Positions 1 to 10,968 of a DNA stretch of 64,000 nucleotides are shown piece by piece; the stretch's first letter is position 1, and every line of letters begins with the position of its first letter. The notes below the pieces were generated by a model, which was given only the letters and a program-made list of their open reading frames with translations, made no database searches and was not told the origin of the DNA. This stretch comes from Octopus sinensis (Eukaryota). Both the position numbers and the translations under genes were made by a program. Location: contig NC_043006.1 in assembly GCF_006345805.1 (NCBI RefSeq), forward strand, positions 31,682,001 through 31,746,000, written 5' to 3'.

Positions 1-121
1 GTCGGAGTTATCCCAGTTACCTGAGTTACCTTCTCCTAAAAGGATGCCCTAACAATGGTTAGGAGTCCTTCTCTCCCAATGGTTTAACCGCGCGATCGGG
101 TATTCAGTCCGATTATTTCTA

Positions 122-872
122 TTTAATTATATATTATATATATATTTAATAGTTATTTCATATTTTATATTTATTCTTATTTGTTGCGACCTCAAATTAC
201 TGTAACATAAAATGGCACTCGTCTGGTTCTCATGAAAAAATTAGGAAAATATACATAGGCGCAGGCTTAAGCCTTAAGAAAATAAAAGAAAAAAATATAC
301 ATTAATTGGATGGCAGTTGACTCTCAAGAGTTCCTCCGCCCTTTGACGGGTTTTGTTTTGGTGGGGTTGCCGGTTTAGTCGCCGACGGCCCGACCATGCA
401 ACAGGTTGTACTGGGTTACATGTTACCAGTAGCACTCGAAAGTGACCTGACATATACATATATATGTAGGTATGTACATATATGTATGTATACATGCATA
501 TATTTATATATTATTTATATTATTATATGATCGAACGCCACGCATCCTTTTCCAAGTATATATATATATATATATATACGACGGGATTTTTTCAGTTTCC
601 ATCTAAAAAATCCACTCAATTTGGTCAGCCCGAGGCTATAGTAGAAGACACTTACCCAAGGTACCACACAGTGGGACTGAACCCGGAACCAAGTGGTTGG
701 TAAGAAAGCTACTTACCACGCAGCCACGCCTGCGCCTATGTATATTTTCCTAATTTTTTCATGAGAACCAGACGAGTGCCATTTTATGTTACAGTAATTT
801 GAGGTCGCAACAAATAAGAATAAATGTAAAATATGAAATAAATATTAAAAATATATATAATATATAATTAAA
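122..872. repeat. Long inverted repeat: ~145-bp arms at 122-266 and 728-872 around a ~460-bp spacer
   Basis: The left arm (ttgttgcgacctcaaattactgtaacataaaatggcactcgtctggttctcatg...cataggcgcaggc) is the near-exact reverse complement of 728-872. Confidence 0.9.
579..740 (-). mobile_element. tRNA-derived CORE-type SINE (octopus OR2-like)
   Basis: The minus strand reads taggcgcaggcgtggctgcgtggtaag...ggttccgggttcagtccc (A/B-box-like), then a CORE-like accttgggtaagtgtcttctactatagcctcggg. Many copies occur in the window. Confidence 0.8.
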
Positions 873-1826
873 AACTTCATTCCAGCTAAAAAGGCAAGCT
901 TAGAAAGGGCGTGTAGACTGATAGGGCCTAAAAAGGGTCAGGATGTATAATTCCCTAAGGGATTAACGCTCTCAACGGGGTTGTAGTTCGAAGAGTCTTT
1001 TCATTAATTCCAGTCAGCCTCTTTTTCTTTTCACTTTCTCTTACCGAATCATTTTATTGTTTATGGAGGCTTTTTTGTACATTTTTTACTGTTTTTTTTT
1101 TTTTTACATATTTTATATAAGTGTGCACTATGACCGAAGGATTAAGTTCCCTTCGCAACCACGAGGACCCAGGTTCGATCTTATACATTGTGAATGAATC
1201 TGAGTAGACGGAAATTGCATAGAAGCCAGTCGGGTGGAATATAATAATGCGTCACGCTGATTAATCTGGAGAATTACGTTCTGGGTACACGGTCTGTGGA
1301 ATACTCGAGCACTTTGACGTTAATTTAGCAACAGCAGCACCGCCGCCACCACCACAACATATCTTTGTATATGAATAGACTTGTGTTTGTGTGTGTGTAT
1401 GTGTGTGGTGTGTGTGTGTGTGTGTGTGTGTGTGTATCTTTACACTTACATGTGTGTGTTGTGTGTGTGCATGCGTGTGTATAAACCACTTGGGCGCAGA
1501 CATGGCTGTGCAATTAAGAAGCAAGCACACAGACACCTGTCAAACAGTTGAGAAAGAAAGAAAGAAAGAAAGAAAGAGAAAGAAAGAAAGAAAGAAAGAA
1601 AGACAGGAAGAGAGGAATCATCTCTGCTCCGTATTTCATTGATACTAAATCGATCGCGATCGATCATGATGAAAGGCAAAATTGAAGTTGGCGGAATTTC
1701 AAGTCAGAGTTCGGACAGCCACAACGATTGCCGCAAAGAAATCTTACCGACGCTCTAACTCTAACGACTTTCACTCTTTGACGGATGTATATGGGCGACA
1801 CGTGTGTATATACATCTCTGGGGTCA

Positions 1827-1880
<54 letters not shown>

Positions 1881-1882
1881 CT

Positions 1883-1917
<35 letters not shown>

Positions 1918-2121
1918 GTATATATATGTAAGTATGCATGTATGAGTTTACACATTTATGCATGTGACTGTGTGTCTATATGTGGAGATGCACATGTGTC
2001 TGTGCACACATGCACATATATATGTGTGTGTGCATGTGAACATATGCAAATATGCGTATATTTGAGTGCATACGCACATGTGCGCAAACAGATGAGATTT
2101 ATGTCTGCGCGTGTTTGTGTG

Positions 2122-2156
<35 letters not shown>

Positions 2157-2441
2157 TTTATGTGCACACGTGCTTAAACACTACTAGATATGGTTGTACG
2201 TCTGGTGTGAAATGTATATACGTTATAAACATGCATTCTGGCGTGTGTATACATTGTTCAAGCGAATGTTTTCTTGTCTAAATGATGTTCCGTACGAGTG
2301 TATAATGTTCGTATTTATAGTGGTATTATGTTCTAAGGATTCAGTGTATGTTTGTATATGTAATTTGCTTATAGATACGTGTATTTGTTTGTTAGCACGT
2401 GTATGTTAGAATAAATAACATTGTCTGCACGTATGCGTATA

Positions 2442-2679
2442 CAATAATCCCTCGCCATATCGCGGTTCACCTATCGCGGTTCATCTATCGCGGTTTATTA
2501 TTTAAGCTTACGCCAATTCCTCCGTGGTGTTGTTTTGCATTTATAATAAAATAAATATATACAAATTATAAAAATAAAACGAAAAAATATATACAATACA
2601 GTACTGTTTCTACTTCGCGGATTTTCACTTATCGCGGAAGTTTTGGGACGTAAGACTTGTGAGAGTCGATAGATTACTG
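2442..2679. mobile_element. pogo/Tigger-like MITE
   Basis: Imperfect TIRs caataatccctcg / tcgatagattactg, TA on both flanks, and internal atcgcgg repeats. Confidence 0.6.
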
Positions 2680-2923
2680 TATACATACCCACATGCACAT
2701 ATGCATACATGAATATATATAGGGGGTTGCTCCACTCAGCTGACAAAAAATGAGTTGTACTTGTAACTCAAAGGACCAGCCTTGTCACATTCTGTGTCAA
2801 ACTGAGAACTATAACAAGGGTTCACATGTCTTAATTTAATTTCACGAGCAGATTTTTCCGTTGGTCCGATCAACTGGAACCCTCGTCTTCATAACCGACG
2901 GAATGCCAGTTTTTGCTTATGTA

Positions 2924-4192
2924 CAGGATGCGTAAGGTATTTAAGAGCATACCTTTTTGGGGTCATTGCTGCATTTTTTTCTAACTCTATATAATCTTTA
3001 TTTCAGAAAATAATAATGGAAGACCCTCAGCTAACTCAGGAAATAAAGAGTCATGCTGTTATTGTGGTTATAAAGGCTAAGCATAGGGATTTAAAAATAT
3101 CTCGATTTTTAAAAGTGGCCAGATCTTTCGTCTACCAGGTTTGTAAGGAGCTAGAGACTGAAGATGGAAACGTATCACCAATATCAAAGCATAAAAAAAC
3201 ATTTTAAACGCTCTGAAATCATCGGAACACCTGAATTTATCCAGCAAGTTCACTAGACCATTGATTACAATCCCAGAAAGTCCCTGAGGTCAGCTGCAAA
3301 AAATATCCATATGTCAGAAGGAACAGTCAGAAATGTTGTCTACGAAGACATCAGATATAAGTCTTATATGATGAAGAAAGGTCAATTTGTCAGAAAAAGC
3401 AAAGGAAAATCGCTACATCAGATCTAAAAGGTCCTTAAACAAACTGAAAAGTTCAACAGAAGAAGATTTGATTTGGTTTTTCTCAAGCGAAAAAAACTTC
3501 GACCAAGATCAAAAAGTTGACAGAAGAAATGACAGATGGTTATGTGCAGACCCTTCTGAAATTCCAAGTGTTATGCATACAAAATTTCCTGTAACTGTTA
3601 TGGTTTTATGGGTTGTCAGCAATGAAGGACATGTGATGCCTCCTTTCTTCTTTCCACAAGGCCTTAAGGTTAACTCTGTCACCTACATGAGGTCCTGGAA
3701 ATAATTGTTAAGCCCTGGATAGACAGTGTATGCAATGGAAGGCCTTATATGTTTCAGTAAGACTCTGCAATATCACACATGGCTTTAGTAACACAGGAAT
3801 AGATGGCTGAAAATTTTCATGATCACATAATCCCTAACATTTGGCCTCCTAATTCCCCAGATCTCAATCCATTGGACTATTTATTATACGTGGAGATTTG
3901 TTGAGAGAGAGAGATCAATGAATACACCCATAACACCAAAGATTCTTTGAAAGCTGTCATAGTCAGAGTAATGTCCAAAATGAACCAGGACCACTTGATT
4001 CAAGCATGTAGATGATTTAGATCTCATATACAAGCAGTTGTCGAAGCTGAAGGTGGCTTTAATGAATAACATTATAGAAAAAAGGTTTATTTTTATCCTT
4101 ATAGCATTTTTTCTTTATAAATAAAGTTATCTGTTATTACGTTTCTGTTTTTTATAAACATAATTCTGCCCTCAAATATCTTACGTACCCTG
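2924..4192 (+). mobile_element. Tc1/mariner DNA transposon, maT (DD37D) type, near full length
   Basis: TIRs caggatgcgtaaggtatttaagagc / gccctcaaatatcttacgtaccctg with TA target duplications (2922-2923, 4193-4194) enclose a transposase pseudogene. Confidence 0.92.
3016..4069 (+). pseudogene. Disrupted DD37D transposase
   Basis: Fragments WFFSSEKNFDQDQKVDRRNDRW, FQ*DSAISH (D at 3761), WPPNSPDLNPLDY (D at 3875; 37 codons between the two D) and GGFNE* at the end. Several stops and frameshifts. Confidence 0.9.
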
Positions 4193-4202
4193 TATTTATA
4201 TG

Positions 4203-4620
4203 TGCATGTATGTATGCATGTATGTATGTATGTATGTATGTATGTATGTATGTATGTATGTATGTATGTATGTATGTATGTATGTATGTATGTATGTATG
4301 TATGTATGTATGTATATATACGTGGATATGTCTATGTATGTATGTCATTGTTCAGTTTTATTTCAAGATGTTTTGCCAATAGAGAAAGTGCCAGTTTCTA
4401 ACCTAGATCCACGGCTCCTTCATTGGAATTTCAGCATCAACAACAGGGTATGTATGTATGTATGTATGTATGTATGTATGTATGTATCTATGTATGCATG
4501 TATGTATGCATGTATGTATGTGTGTGTGTATGTACGTACGTACGTATGTATGTATGTATGTATGTATGTATGTATGTATGTATGTATGTATGTATGTATG
4601 TATGTATGTATGTATGTATA
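4203..4620. repeat. (TATG)n microsatellite interrupted by a LINE 3' fragment
   Basis: Direct tandem tatg units on both sides of 4346-4449. Confidence 0.95.
4346..4449 (-). mobile_element. 3' terminal fragment of the R4/Dong-like LINE at 49570-51155
   Basis: Its reverse complement matches ~51045-51155 (ataccctg...gaaattccaatgaaggagcc...ttgaaataaaactgaacaatgac). Confidence 0.85.
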
Positions 4621-4780
4621 GCTAGCTAGCTAGCTAGTTAGCTGTCTGTCTATACACACACATTTTAAAAACAGAAATGGTTAAAGAAACAGAAGTGAGG
4701 TTAGCGAATGACTGATAAGATTATGGAAAGACAGAATATTTGTAAGCTTTAAGAAACAATAAAGAAAAAACAAACAGTTG

Positions 4781-4855
<75 letters not shown>

Positions 4856-4857
4856 AA
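4781..4857. repeat. (GAAA)n microsatellite
   Basis: Direct tandem repeat. Confidence 0.95.
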
Positions 4858-5649
4858 AAAGAAAAGGAAATTAGAAAAAATGACAAACTGGACATGAGTA
4901 GAAATTTAATGATATAAAATGTATTGGTGGTAGTTTCATTAAAATACCTTAAGATAATTATCGTGTTTATTGGTGAAGTTAATTGAGGTATTTCACCTTA
5001 AATATTGAATCAAGGCATGGAGTGGAAACACTCAAGAAATTGCTGGCCGCATTCATATTATATTACTAATAACACCACCACCACTGCCGTCACCACCACC
5101 ACCACCACCACCACCACTGCCGTCACCACCATTATCACTACCACCACCACCATTGCCAACACAGCCATTACTACTACTATTTGTACTACAACTTCTACCA
5201 TCACTGCCGCCACTACTACTACTACTACTACTACTAACATCATCACAATCACCCTCGTCGCTACTGCAGCGACCACCACTACCAACAACAACAGCAACAA
5301 GAGACTAGATGGACCGATGGTCTTTGATGCAAAGTGCTCTACATCAGGACAAACTTCTGGCCAAATAACAAGCACAAGAACAACAACGTTATCAGTGCCA
5401 CGACCGTCACTTCCGTCTCCACCACCTCACAATCGCTACTACAAATGCCATCAGTCCAACTTCCAACATGACCACCACCATGGATACTACCACAAGCACC
5501 TGCCATCCTTATTTAAGAGGATTGATGTTCCCTTAAAAATGGACGGCAGCTGTAGGGGTACTCAATAAAACAATTAGTGGACAAGAGTATGGTTAATTTA
5601 GTAAATGCCGAACAATAACCGCTAAACATTACGCTGATCCGATCTCACA

Positions 5650-6500
5650 CTTGTGAAAGATATAAACCTCACTTTGTGTTATTTTTTAGTGATGGTCTTA
5701 TGTGAGATGTAGTCTCTTATAAAATTCTTTTATACAACACGGAATAGCGAACCTCGGAGATTTTGTAACCTTCAAACAGGTAGCAAGCTTCAAGTACCAG
5801 GAGTGCTAGAAGGTATTGAGGACAGGACATGGGTAGTAAGATATTTAATCCCTTCTGTTGATTACATAGCGGTGAGATGACCCAATTAATGCAGATGTAT
5901 TGTTGGCTTCTAATGGTTAAATTTGCATGGGATAAGTGGTTTAAGGTGTTTGAACATGTGTTGGTCAAGAATACGAATAGGTACAGACAGTCCAGAATGG
6001 TATTTCGTTCAGAACCAGCACTTGTAGTATTGGTTTAGAAGAGGTGGGACAATCTGGAAGAGATGTGTGCGTTAAAATATCGTGGATAGTGGTTTCAGAA
6101 AGAGATCAGATTTTCTCGGTTGTGAGTGAAAGCACATCAGTTTTTTGAGGTTTGGATTTTACAAAACAAAATCAAGAAATGGTTACATGATACCTATCGA
6201 TCTAACAGAGATAGAGAAGTCTTTAAGCGACAACAAACGTCTCACGGATTATCGATCACATCTTTGGGGAACATTACACGTGTGATTATTAATAGTCAAA
6301 AGAAACCTCACCACATTAGACTATTGCATTGCAAGACGGGGTGCTAAAACAATATGTATCTGCAAAGAATATGCAAATATCAGCAATATAGAAAGAACAT
6401 TGGTACATGTGTTCTTTAGTTTGCATAACGCTGTTACAAATTGCATATTAACATATTAAATAAATTGTGATATAATGGCAAAACAAGACAAGTAACAGGC
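5650..6500 (-). pseudogene. Highly decayed Penelope-like reverse transcriptase remnant
   Basis: Minus-strand fragments YSLQIHIVLAPRLAMQ*SN (resembles YxQxxGxAMGxxxAPxYAN) and PFLDFVL...KTDV (resembles LPFLDV..I.TDVY). Many stops. Confidence 0.5.
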
Positions 6501-6943
6501 TCTGCAAATCTAGGCAGTAAGCGGAACAGTATAAAATGTCAAGACATTACGAAAGCTTATTTACTCCTTAGTTTCTTTGTCTAAATTCCAGTTATGGAGC
6601 TTTGTTACACAGAAACCGGCTTCTCCTTTATATGAACACTTCATGGAATTAAAAACAAATTTATTCGTGGTTGTGAAGTAAAGCTGAGTAATGTAACATA
6701 TATATATATATATATATGCATGTATGTATATATCTTTAGCATTACAGGTGCCCCAATATATATACATACACAACCACATATATAATTGTCTTGGTGGTGT
6801 GATTATTGCATATACAAACACTGACGTATTATATTTAATCCCATGAATACCGACATAGAGCCCCCTTTAAATTCCTCCTTTTACTTAATCTGCTCCTCAT
6901 TTTACATCCTCCTTAGTAGTAGTAGTAGTAGTAGTAAGTAGTA

Positions 6944-6986
<43 letters not shown>

Positions 6987-7134
6987 TGTAGTTGTAGTAG
7001 TAGTTATCGTTGCAGCTGCCACCGCTGTTGTTCTTGTTGTTATTGCTCTCTGATTGATCTTGTACGTATGTTTCTTCAGTGGAACGGCTCTCTTAGACAT
7101 CGAAGTAAGTCTATGTGCGACACATGTATCTGTA

Positions 7135-7178
<44 letters not shown>

Positions 7179-7590
7179 CTTGGTTGGGTCTGTGTGCATC
7201 TGAGAGGAACGTGTATGGGTGTAGGTGTATGGGTATGTGTACATGAACAAGATTTCTTCATTAAAAAAGAATTGCATTTATTTAGGACGAAATGTCATTA
7301 AAAAGTGCATTCCTATACAAGGTTCCACTCCATCACCAGCAAGAGTGTATATTTGGATATAGACACACACACGTACACACACACACACACATACACACAT
7401 ACACACACACACACGCACACATACATGTTCCGATCGGCCTAATTGACACGTGATTCGTAGACGTTGTTATTGTTGGTGTTGCTGTAACTGTTAATCCTGC
7501 TGCAGCTCTCCTTATTATGAACACTGTTTTATAGGTATTTTTATTAAAGTCATATAATTAATATACATGTGTGGTGTGTGTGTGTGTGTG

Positions 7591-7709
7591 TAGGCGCAAG
7601 TGTGGCTGTGTGCTAAGTAGCTTGCTTACCAGCCACATGGTTCCGGGTTCAGTCCCACTGCGTGGGACCTTGGGCGAGTGTCTTCTACTATAGCCTCAAG
7701 CCGACCAAA
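7591..7709 (+). mobile_element. OR2-like CORE SINE, 5' part
   Basis: taggcgcaagtgtggctgtgtgctaagtagc...gttccgggttcagtccc...accttgggcgagtgtcttctactatagcc. Confidence 0.8.
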
Positions 7710-7876
7710 TACGACAGGCTTCTTTCAGTTTCCGCCTGCCAAATATACTGAAAATACTTTGGTTGGCTTTGAGGATGTAATAGAAAATACTTGCCCAAGG
7801 TGCCAGGCAGTGGGACTAAACCCAGTACCATGTGGTTGGGAAGCAAACTTCATATCACACAACCACGCTGCGGCTA
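7710..7876 (-). mobile_element. OR2-like CORE SINE, tail-to-tail with the previous copy
   Basis: Diverged reverse complement of the same family. Confidence 0.7.
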
Positions 7877-7927
7877 CATATATATGTGTCTGGGGGGGAT
7901 GTGTGTGTGTGATGTGTGTGTGTGTGC

Positions 7928-7969
<42 letters not shown>

Positions 7970-7979
7970 TATATATATA

Positions 7980-8185
7980 TAACCTGATTAAATTAAATCA
8001 AGCCAATCTTCCATAGGCCCTTAGATTCGTCAGTAAGAAATAGCCAGATCGGAACAGATATTTTCACGAGGCATTTCTGTCCATGCCTCGGCAATATCTG
8101 ACCTAAAATTTTCAAATCATCGCACTCGCGCCAATTTATCGGCAGCAAATAATATAAGCGCGCCGATTCCATTACGGAATCAACC
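7980..8185 (-). repeat. Inverted partial copy of the 485-bp HHR monomer
   Basis: 7980-8185 is the near-exact reverse complement of 8212-8417, with a 26-nt loop between. Confidence 0.95.
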
Positions 8186-8355
8186 CTATATTGATTAATT
8201 ATGAATTTTCTGGTTGATTCCGTAATGGAATCGGCGGCTTATATTTATTTGCTGCCGATAAATTTGGGCGAGTGCGATGATTTGAAACTTTTAGGTCAGA
8301 TATTGCCGAGGCAGGGACAGAAATGCCTCGTGAAAATATCTGTTCCGATCTGGCT

Positions 8356-8462
8356 ATTTCTTACTGACGAATCTAAGGGCCTATGGAAGATTGGCTTGAT
8401 TTAATTTAATCAGGTTAGTTTACCATTAAACAGTAGATGAAACGGTGCATCGTATAAGAAAT
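8356..8462 (+). ncRNA. Type I hammerhead ribozyme, copy 1 (canonical)
   Basis: atttctta-CTGACGA-atcta[58 nt]tagat-GAAA-cgg tgca tcg-TA-taagaaat. Stem I 8 bp, stem II closed by 5 bp, stem III 3 bp plus core pair. GUA cleavage triplet; cut predicted after 8454. Confidence 0.9.
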
Positions 8463-8840
8463 TACAGGGTAAATGTTTTTTAATTTTCTCCTGGTTTGCG
8501 GAATTAATGTTATTTTGCGGTTGAAGCTTTGGCTGTTATTCTAGTGGGTGAATGGCCTATTATGGCCGTTCCTTGATTGTGATGTTGAACTTATAAATGG
8601 TCTATGACTATTTAATTTTTTCCCACTAGGCCGCTGGTGGCAAAAAAGTTCTACAAAATGTTTTTGCCACCCTATATTGATTAATTATGAATTTTCTGTT
8701 GATTCCGTAATGGAATCGGCGGCTTATATTTATTTGCTGCCGATAAATTTGGCGCGAGTGCGATGATTTGAAAATTTTAGGTCAGATATTGCCGAGGCAG
8801 GAACAGAAATGCCTCGTGAAAATATCTGTTCGTTCCGGCT

Positions 8841-8947
8841 ATTTCTTACTGACGAATCTAAGGGCCTATGGAAGATTGGCTTGATTTAATTTAATCAGGT
8901 TAGTTTACCATTAAACAGTAGATGAAACGGTGCATCGTACAAGAAAT
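8841..8947 (+). ncRNA. Type I hammerhead ribozyme, copy 2
   Basis: Same motif; cut predicted after 8939. The first stem I pair is an A.C mismatch (TAcaagaaat). Confidence 0.8.
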
Positions 8948-9326
8948 TACAGGTAAATGTTTTTTATTTTTCTCCTGGTTTGCGGAATTATGTTATTTTG
9001 CGGGTGAAGCTTTGGCTGTTATTTCTAGTGGGTGAATGGCCTATTATGGCCGTTCCTTGATTGTGATGTTGAACTTATAAATGGTCTATGACTATTTAAT
9101 TTTTTCCCACTATGGCCGCTGGTGGCAAAAAAGTTCTACAAAATGTTTTTTGCCACCCTATATGATTAATTATGAATTTTCTGGTTGATTCCGTAATGGA
9201 ATCGGCGGCTTATATTTATTTGCTGCCGATAAATTTGGCGCGAGTGCGATGATTTGAAAATTTTAGGTCAGATATTGCCGAGGCAGGAACAGAAATGCTC
9301 GTGAAAATATCTGTTCCGATCTGGCT

Positions 9327-9432
9327 ATTTCTTACTGACGAATCTAGGGCCTATGGACGATTGGCTTGATTAATTTAATCAGGTTAGTTTACCATTAAAC
9401 AGTAGATGAAACCGGTGCATCGTACAAGAAAT
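9327..9432 (+). ncRNA. Type I hammerhead ribozyme, copy 3
   Basis: Same motif with one extra C in stem III (GAAAccggtgcatcgTA) and the A.C mismatch; cut predicted after 9424. Confidence 0.75.
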
Positions 9433-9706
9433 TACAGGTAAATGTTTTTTAATTTTCTCCTGGTTTGCGGAATTATTGTTTATTTGTTGGTTTGCGGTTG
9501 AAGCTTTGGCTGTTTTTCTAGTGGTGAATGGCCTATTATGGCCGTTCCTTGATTGTGATGTTGAACTTATAAATGGTCTATGACTATTTAATTTTTTCCC
9601 ACTAGGCCGCTGGTGGCAAAAAAGTTCTACAAAATTTTTTTGCCATCCTATATTGATTAATAAATATATATATATATATGTATAGACACAGGCTCATACA
9701 CGCACT

Positions 9707-9755
<49 letters not shown>

Positions 9756-9767
9756 GTATGTATGTAT

Positions 9768-9800
<33 letters not shown>

Positions 9801-10553
9801 CACACACACACCACAAACACACACACAAAGCGAAAGAGAAAGAGAGATTTGACCCCAATTATATATCGTCCACAGCGAACAACTTGGAAAAAAAACGTGA
9901 TAGTAATGAGATGAACTGAAGCAAAGCTGTTGAGTATATCGGATTAAAGGAACCCACCTAGATATGAGAACTGATTAGGATATAGGTTAATCCTAACTTC
10001 TTTTGTTGCAATACAGGAACAGATGAACGATTCAGAGGATTTTCCCGGTTAATAACGTTTTTTAGAGAAATGAGGAAAAAAAAAGAACAGGATTTTCGGG
10101 ATAACTGACGTTCATATATTTTAATTGGTGACTGAATGGAACTTGCCAACTATTGATGGCTGTGAAATTGTCATCAGCCTTATTATTATTATTATCATTG
10201 ATTTGACTCAGGTTCGTTCTTATCCCTGATAGAATTTATGTGGGTAGCGGGTTAGTACTTGTGACCTTAGGCATCCACTAGCTTTCAATAGTCATCCCGA
10301 AAGGATGGAAGGCAAAGCCAGCCAACCTCGTAAAGACGTAGAGAAAAATGTCGCTAAGTATTTTGTCCAGCATGCAAACAATACTGCCAGCTCAGCACTT
10401 TTCTTCATTATTTAATATTCAGAGAAAAAGGCAACAGGCCGATAGCAACGAAAATGCCAAATACCGTTATTTCTAGAATCAGAGGAATTGGAGGAAATCA
10501 CAGATGATTGAGAGAATGCAAGACAACGGGTGCGACGGTACGTCGACAATCAA

Positions 10554-10968
10554 AAGGCGGCGAGCTGGCAGAAACGTTAGCACGCCGGGCGAAATGCTTA
10601 GCGGTATTTCGTCTGCGTTACGTTGTGAGTTCAAATTCCGCCGAGGTCGACTTTGCCTTTCATCTTTTCGGGGTCGATAAATTAAGTACCAGTTACGCAC
10701 TGGGGTCGATGTAATCGACTTAATACCTATGTCTGTCCTTGTTTGTCCCCTCTATGTTTAGCCCCATGTGGGTAATAAAGAAATAGGTATTTCGTCTGCG
10801 TTACGTTGTGAGTTCAAATTCCGCCGAGGTCGACTTTGCCTTTCATCTTTTCGGGGTCGATAAATTAAATACCAGTTACGCACTGGGGTCGATGTAATCG
10901 ACTTAATACCTATGTCTGTTCTTGTTTGTCCCCTCTGTGTTTAGCCCCTACTGGGTAATAAAGAAATA
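10554..10968 (+). mobile_element. tRNA-derived SINE (second octopus family) with a 183-bp internal tandem module
   Basis: Head ggcggcgagctggcagaaacgttagc...gagttcaaattcc; module repeats at 10603 and 10786; 17-bp TSD ggtacgtcgacaatcaa at 10537-10553 and 10969-10985. Confidence 0.88.

Larger units (their letters stand above)
8184..9660 (+). repeat. Tandem array of three ~485-bp non-coding monomers (retrozyme / PLE pseudo-LTR-like)
   Basis: The unit start cctata-tgattaat recurs at ~8184, 8670, 9156 and (partial) 9646. Copies differ mostly by small indels. (TA)n flanks both sides. Confidence 0.95.

Noticed and set aside
1649-1664. 16-bp perfect palindrome atcgatcgcgatcgat (also a 10-bp hairpin at 61794-61819)
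   Set aside because: Isolated and short, with no associated structure; probably slippage in a decayed SINE or chance.
3158-3176. CTGAAGA-tg-GAAA-cg-TA, an HHR-like string
   Set aside because: No stem II, only 2 bp of stem I, and it lies in the transposase coding frame (ETEDGNVS); chance match.
4200-4629. Overlapping ORFs such as MYVCMYVC... (and similar HT/YI/poly-I/poly-D ORFs throughout, e.g. 20725-21675, 43094-43802, 48268-49260)
   Set aside because: These are stop-free translations of microsatellites with no protein signal.
8184-9660. Array read as CRISPR, simple satellite or Helitron multimer
   Set aside because: There are no unique spacers and the context is eukaryotic. No CTRR terminus follows the terminal hairpin, and the HHR plus inverted 5' copy fit a retro-element better.
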